Source of the DNA: Tubiluchus corallicola | Lineage: Eukaryota > Animalia > Priapulida | DNA length: 64,000 nt | NCBI GenBank assembly: GCA_030141605.1 | Contig: JAQGDQ010000591.1 | Location: 69,992 to 133,991, forward strand | Direction of reading: 5' to 3' | Shown here: positions 62,984-64,000 of the stretch, piece by piece | Layout of the letters: the number at the start of each line of letters is the position of its first letter | Position numbering within the stretch: the first letter of the stretch is position 1 | The notes under the pieces: generated by a model | The model's database searches: none | The model's input: the letters and a program-made list of their open reading frames with translations, nothing else | What the model was told of the DNA's origin: nothing | Made by a program: the position numbers and the translations under genes

Positions 62984-64000
62984 TAACACGTTCACTCAGT
63001 ACTAAGTTTAACAACACGTTCACTCAGTACCAAGTTCAACAACACGTTCACTCAGTACTAAGTTCAACAACACGTTCACTCAGTACCAAGTTCAACAACA
63101 CGTTCACTCAGTACCAACAAGTTCAACAACACGTTCACTCAGTACAAGTCAACAACACGTTCACTCAGTACAGTTCAACAACACGTTCACTCAGTACTAA
63201 GTTTAACAACACGTTCACTCAGTACCAAGTTCAACAACACGTTCACTCAGTACTAAGTTCAACAACACGTTCACTCAGTACCAAGTTCAACAACACGTTC
63301 ACTCAGTACCAAGTGCAACAACACGTTCACTCAGGACTAAGTGCAACAACACGTTCACTCAGTACCAAGTTCAACAACACGTTCACTCAGTACTAAGTTC
63401 AACAACACGTTCACTCAGTACTAAGTTCAACAACACGTTCACTCAGTACTAAGTTTAACAACACGTTCACTCAGTACCAAGTTCAACAACACGTTCACTC
63501 AGTACTAAGTTCAACAACACGTTCACTCAGTACCAAGTTCAACAACACGTTCACTCAGTACCAAGTTCAACAACACGTTCACTCAGTACTGAGTTCAACA
63601 TCACGTTCACTCAGTACTAAGTTCAACAACACGTTCACTCAGTACCAAGTGCAACAACACGTTCACTCAGTACTAAGTTCATCATCACGTTCACTCAGTA
63701 CTAAGTTCAACAACACGTTCACTCAGTACCAAGTGCAACAACACGTTCACTCAGTACTGAGTTCAACATCACGTTCACTCAGTACTAAGTTCAACAACAC
63801 GTTCACTCAGTACCAAGTGCAACAACACGTTCACTCAGTACTAAGTTCATCAACACGTTCACTCAGTACTAAGTTCAACAACATGTTCACTCAGTACTAA
63901 GTTCAACAACACGTTCACTCAGTACTAAGTTCAACAACACGTTCACTCAGTACTAAGTTCAACAACACGTTCACTCAGTACCAAGTTCAACAACACGTTC
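62984..64000. repeat. 28-bp satellite, ~36 copies, runs off window edge
   Basis: Unit CAACACGTTCACTCAGTAC(T/C)AAGTTCAA. Confidence 0.95.

Noticed and set aside
62815-63900. 193-aa and 83-aa repeat proteins
   Set aside because: Chance read-through of the 28-bp satellite.

Overview
Eukaryotic (animal, probably invertebrate) AT-rich, repeat-dense genomic DNA; no prokaryotic operons, rRNA, tRNA or CRISPR. Two convergent spliced genes were reconstructed by hand from splice sites and reading-frame phase. (1) On +, the 3' part of a TSPEAR-like gene (laminin-G/TSPN domain plus EAR/EPTP repeats), 10 coding exons from <1 to 37527, with one exon tandemly duplicated. (2) On -, a ZDHHC9/14/18 (Erf2-type) palmitoyltransferase, ATG at 58610, seven confident exons plus a candidate terminal exon at 43218-43134. 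It has an AT-AC U12-type intron and an unusual DHHC-HY (not DHHC-PW) active-site motif. Its introns carry an antisense, frameshifted ionotropic glutamate receptor-like fragment, one arm of an inverted duplication, and a ~6.9 kb higher-order repeat with variable-number 55-bp arrays. The rest is non-autonomous TTAA-target DNA elements (Kolobok-like, piggyBac-like), solo LTRs, LINE fragments, minisatellites and very long compound microsatellites. Most ORFs in the supplied track are low-complexity artefacts. All homology calls are from recognition of motifs, not from database searches; repeat boundaries are approximate.
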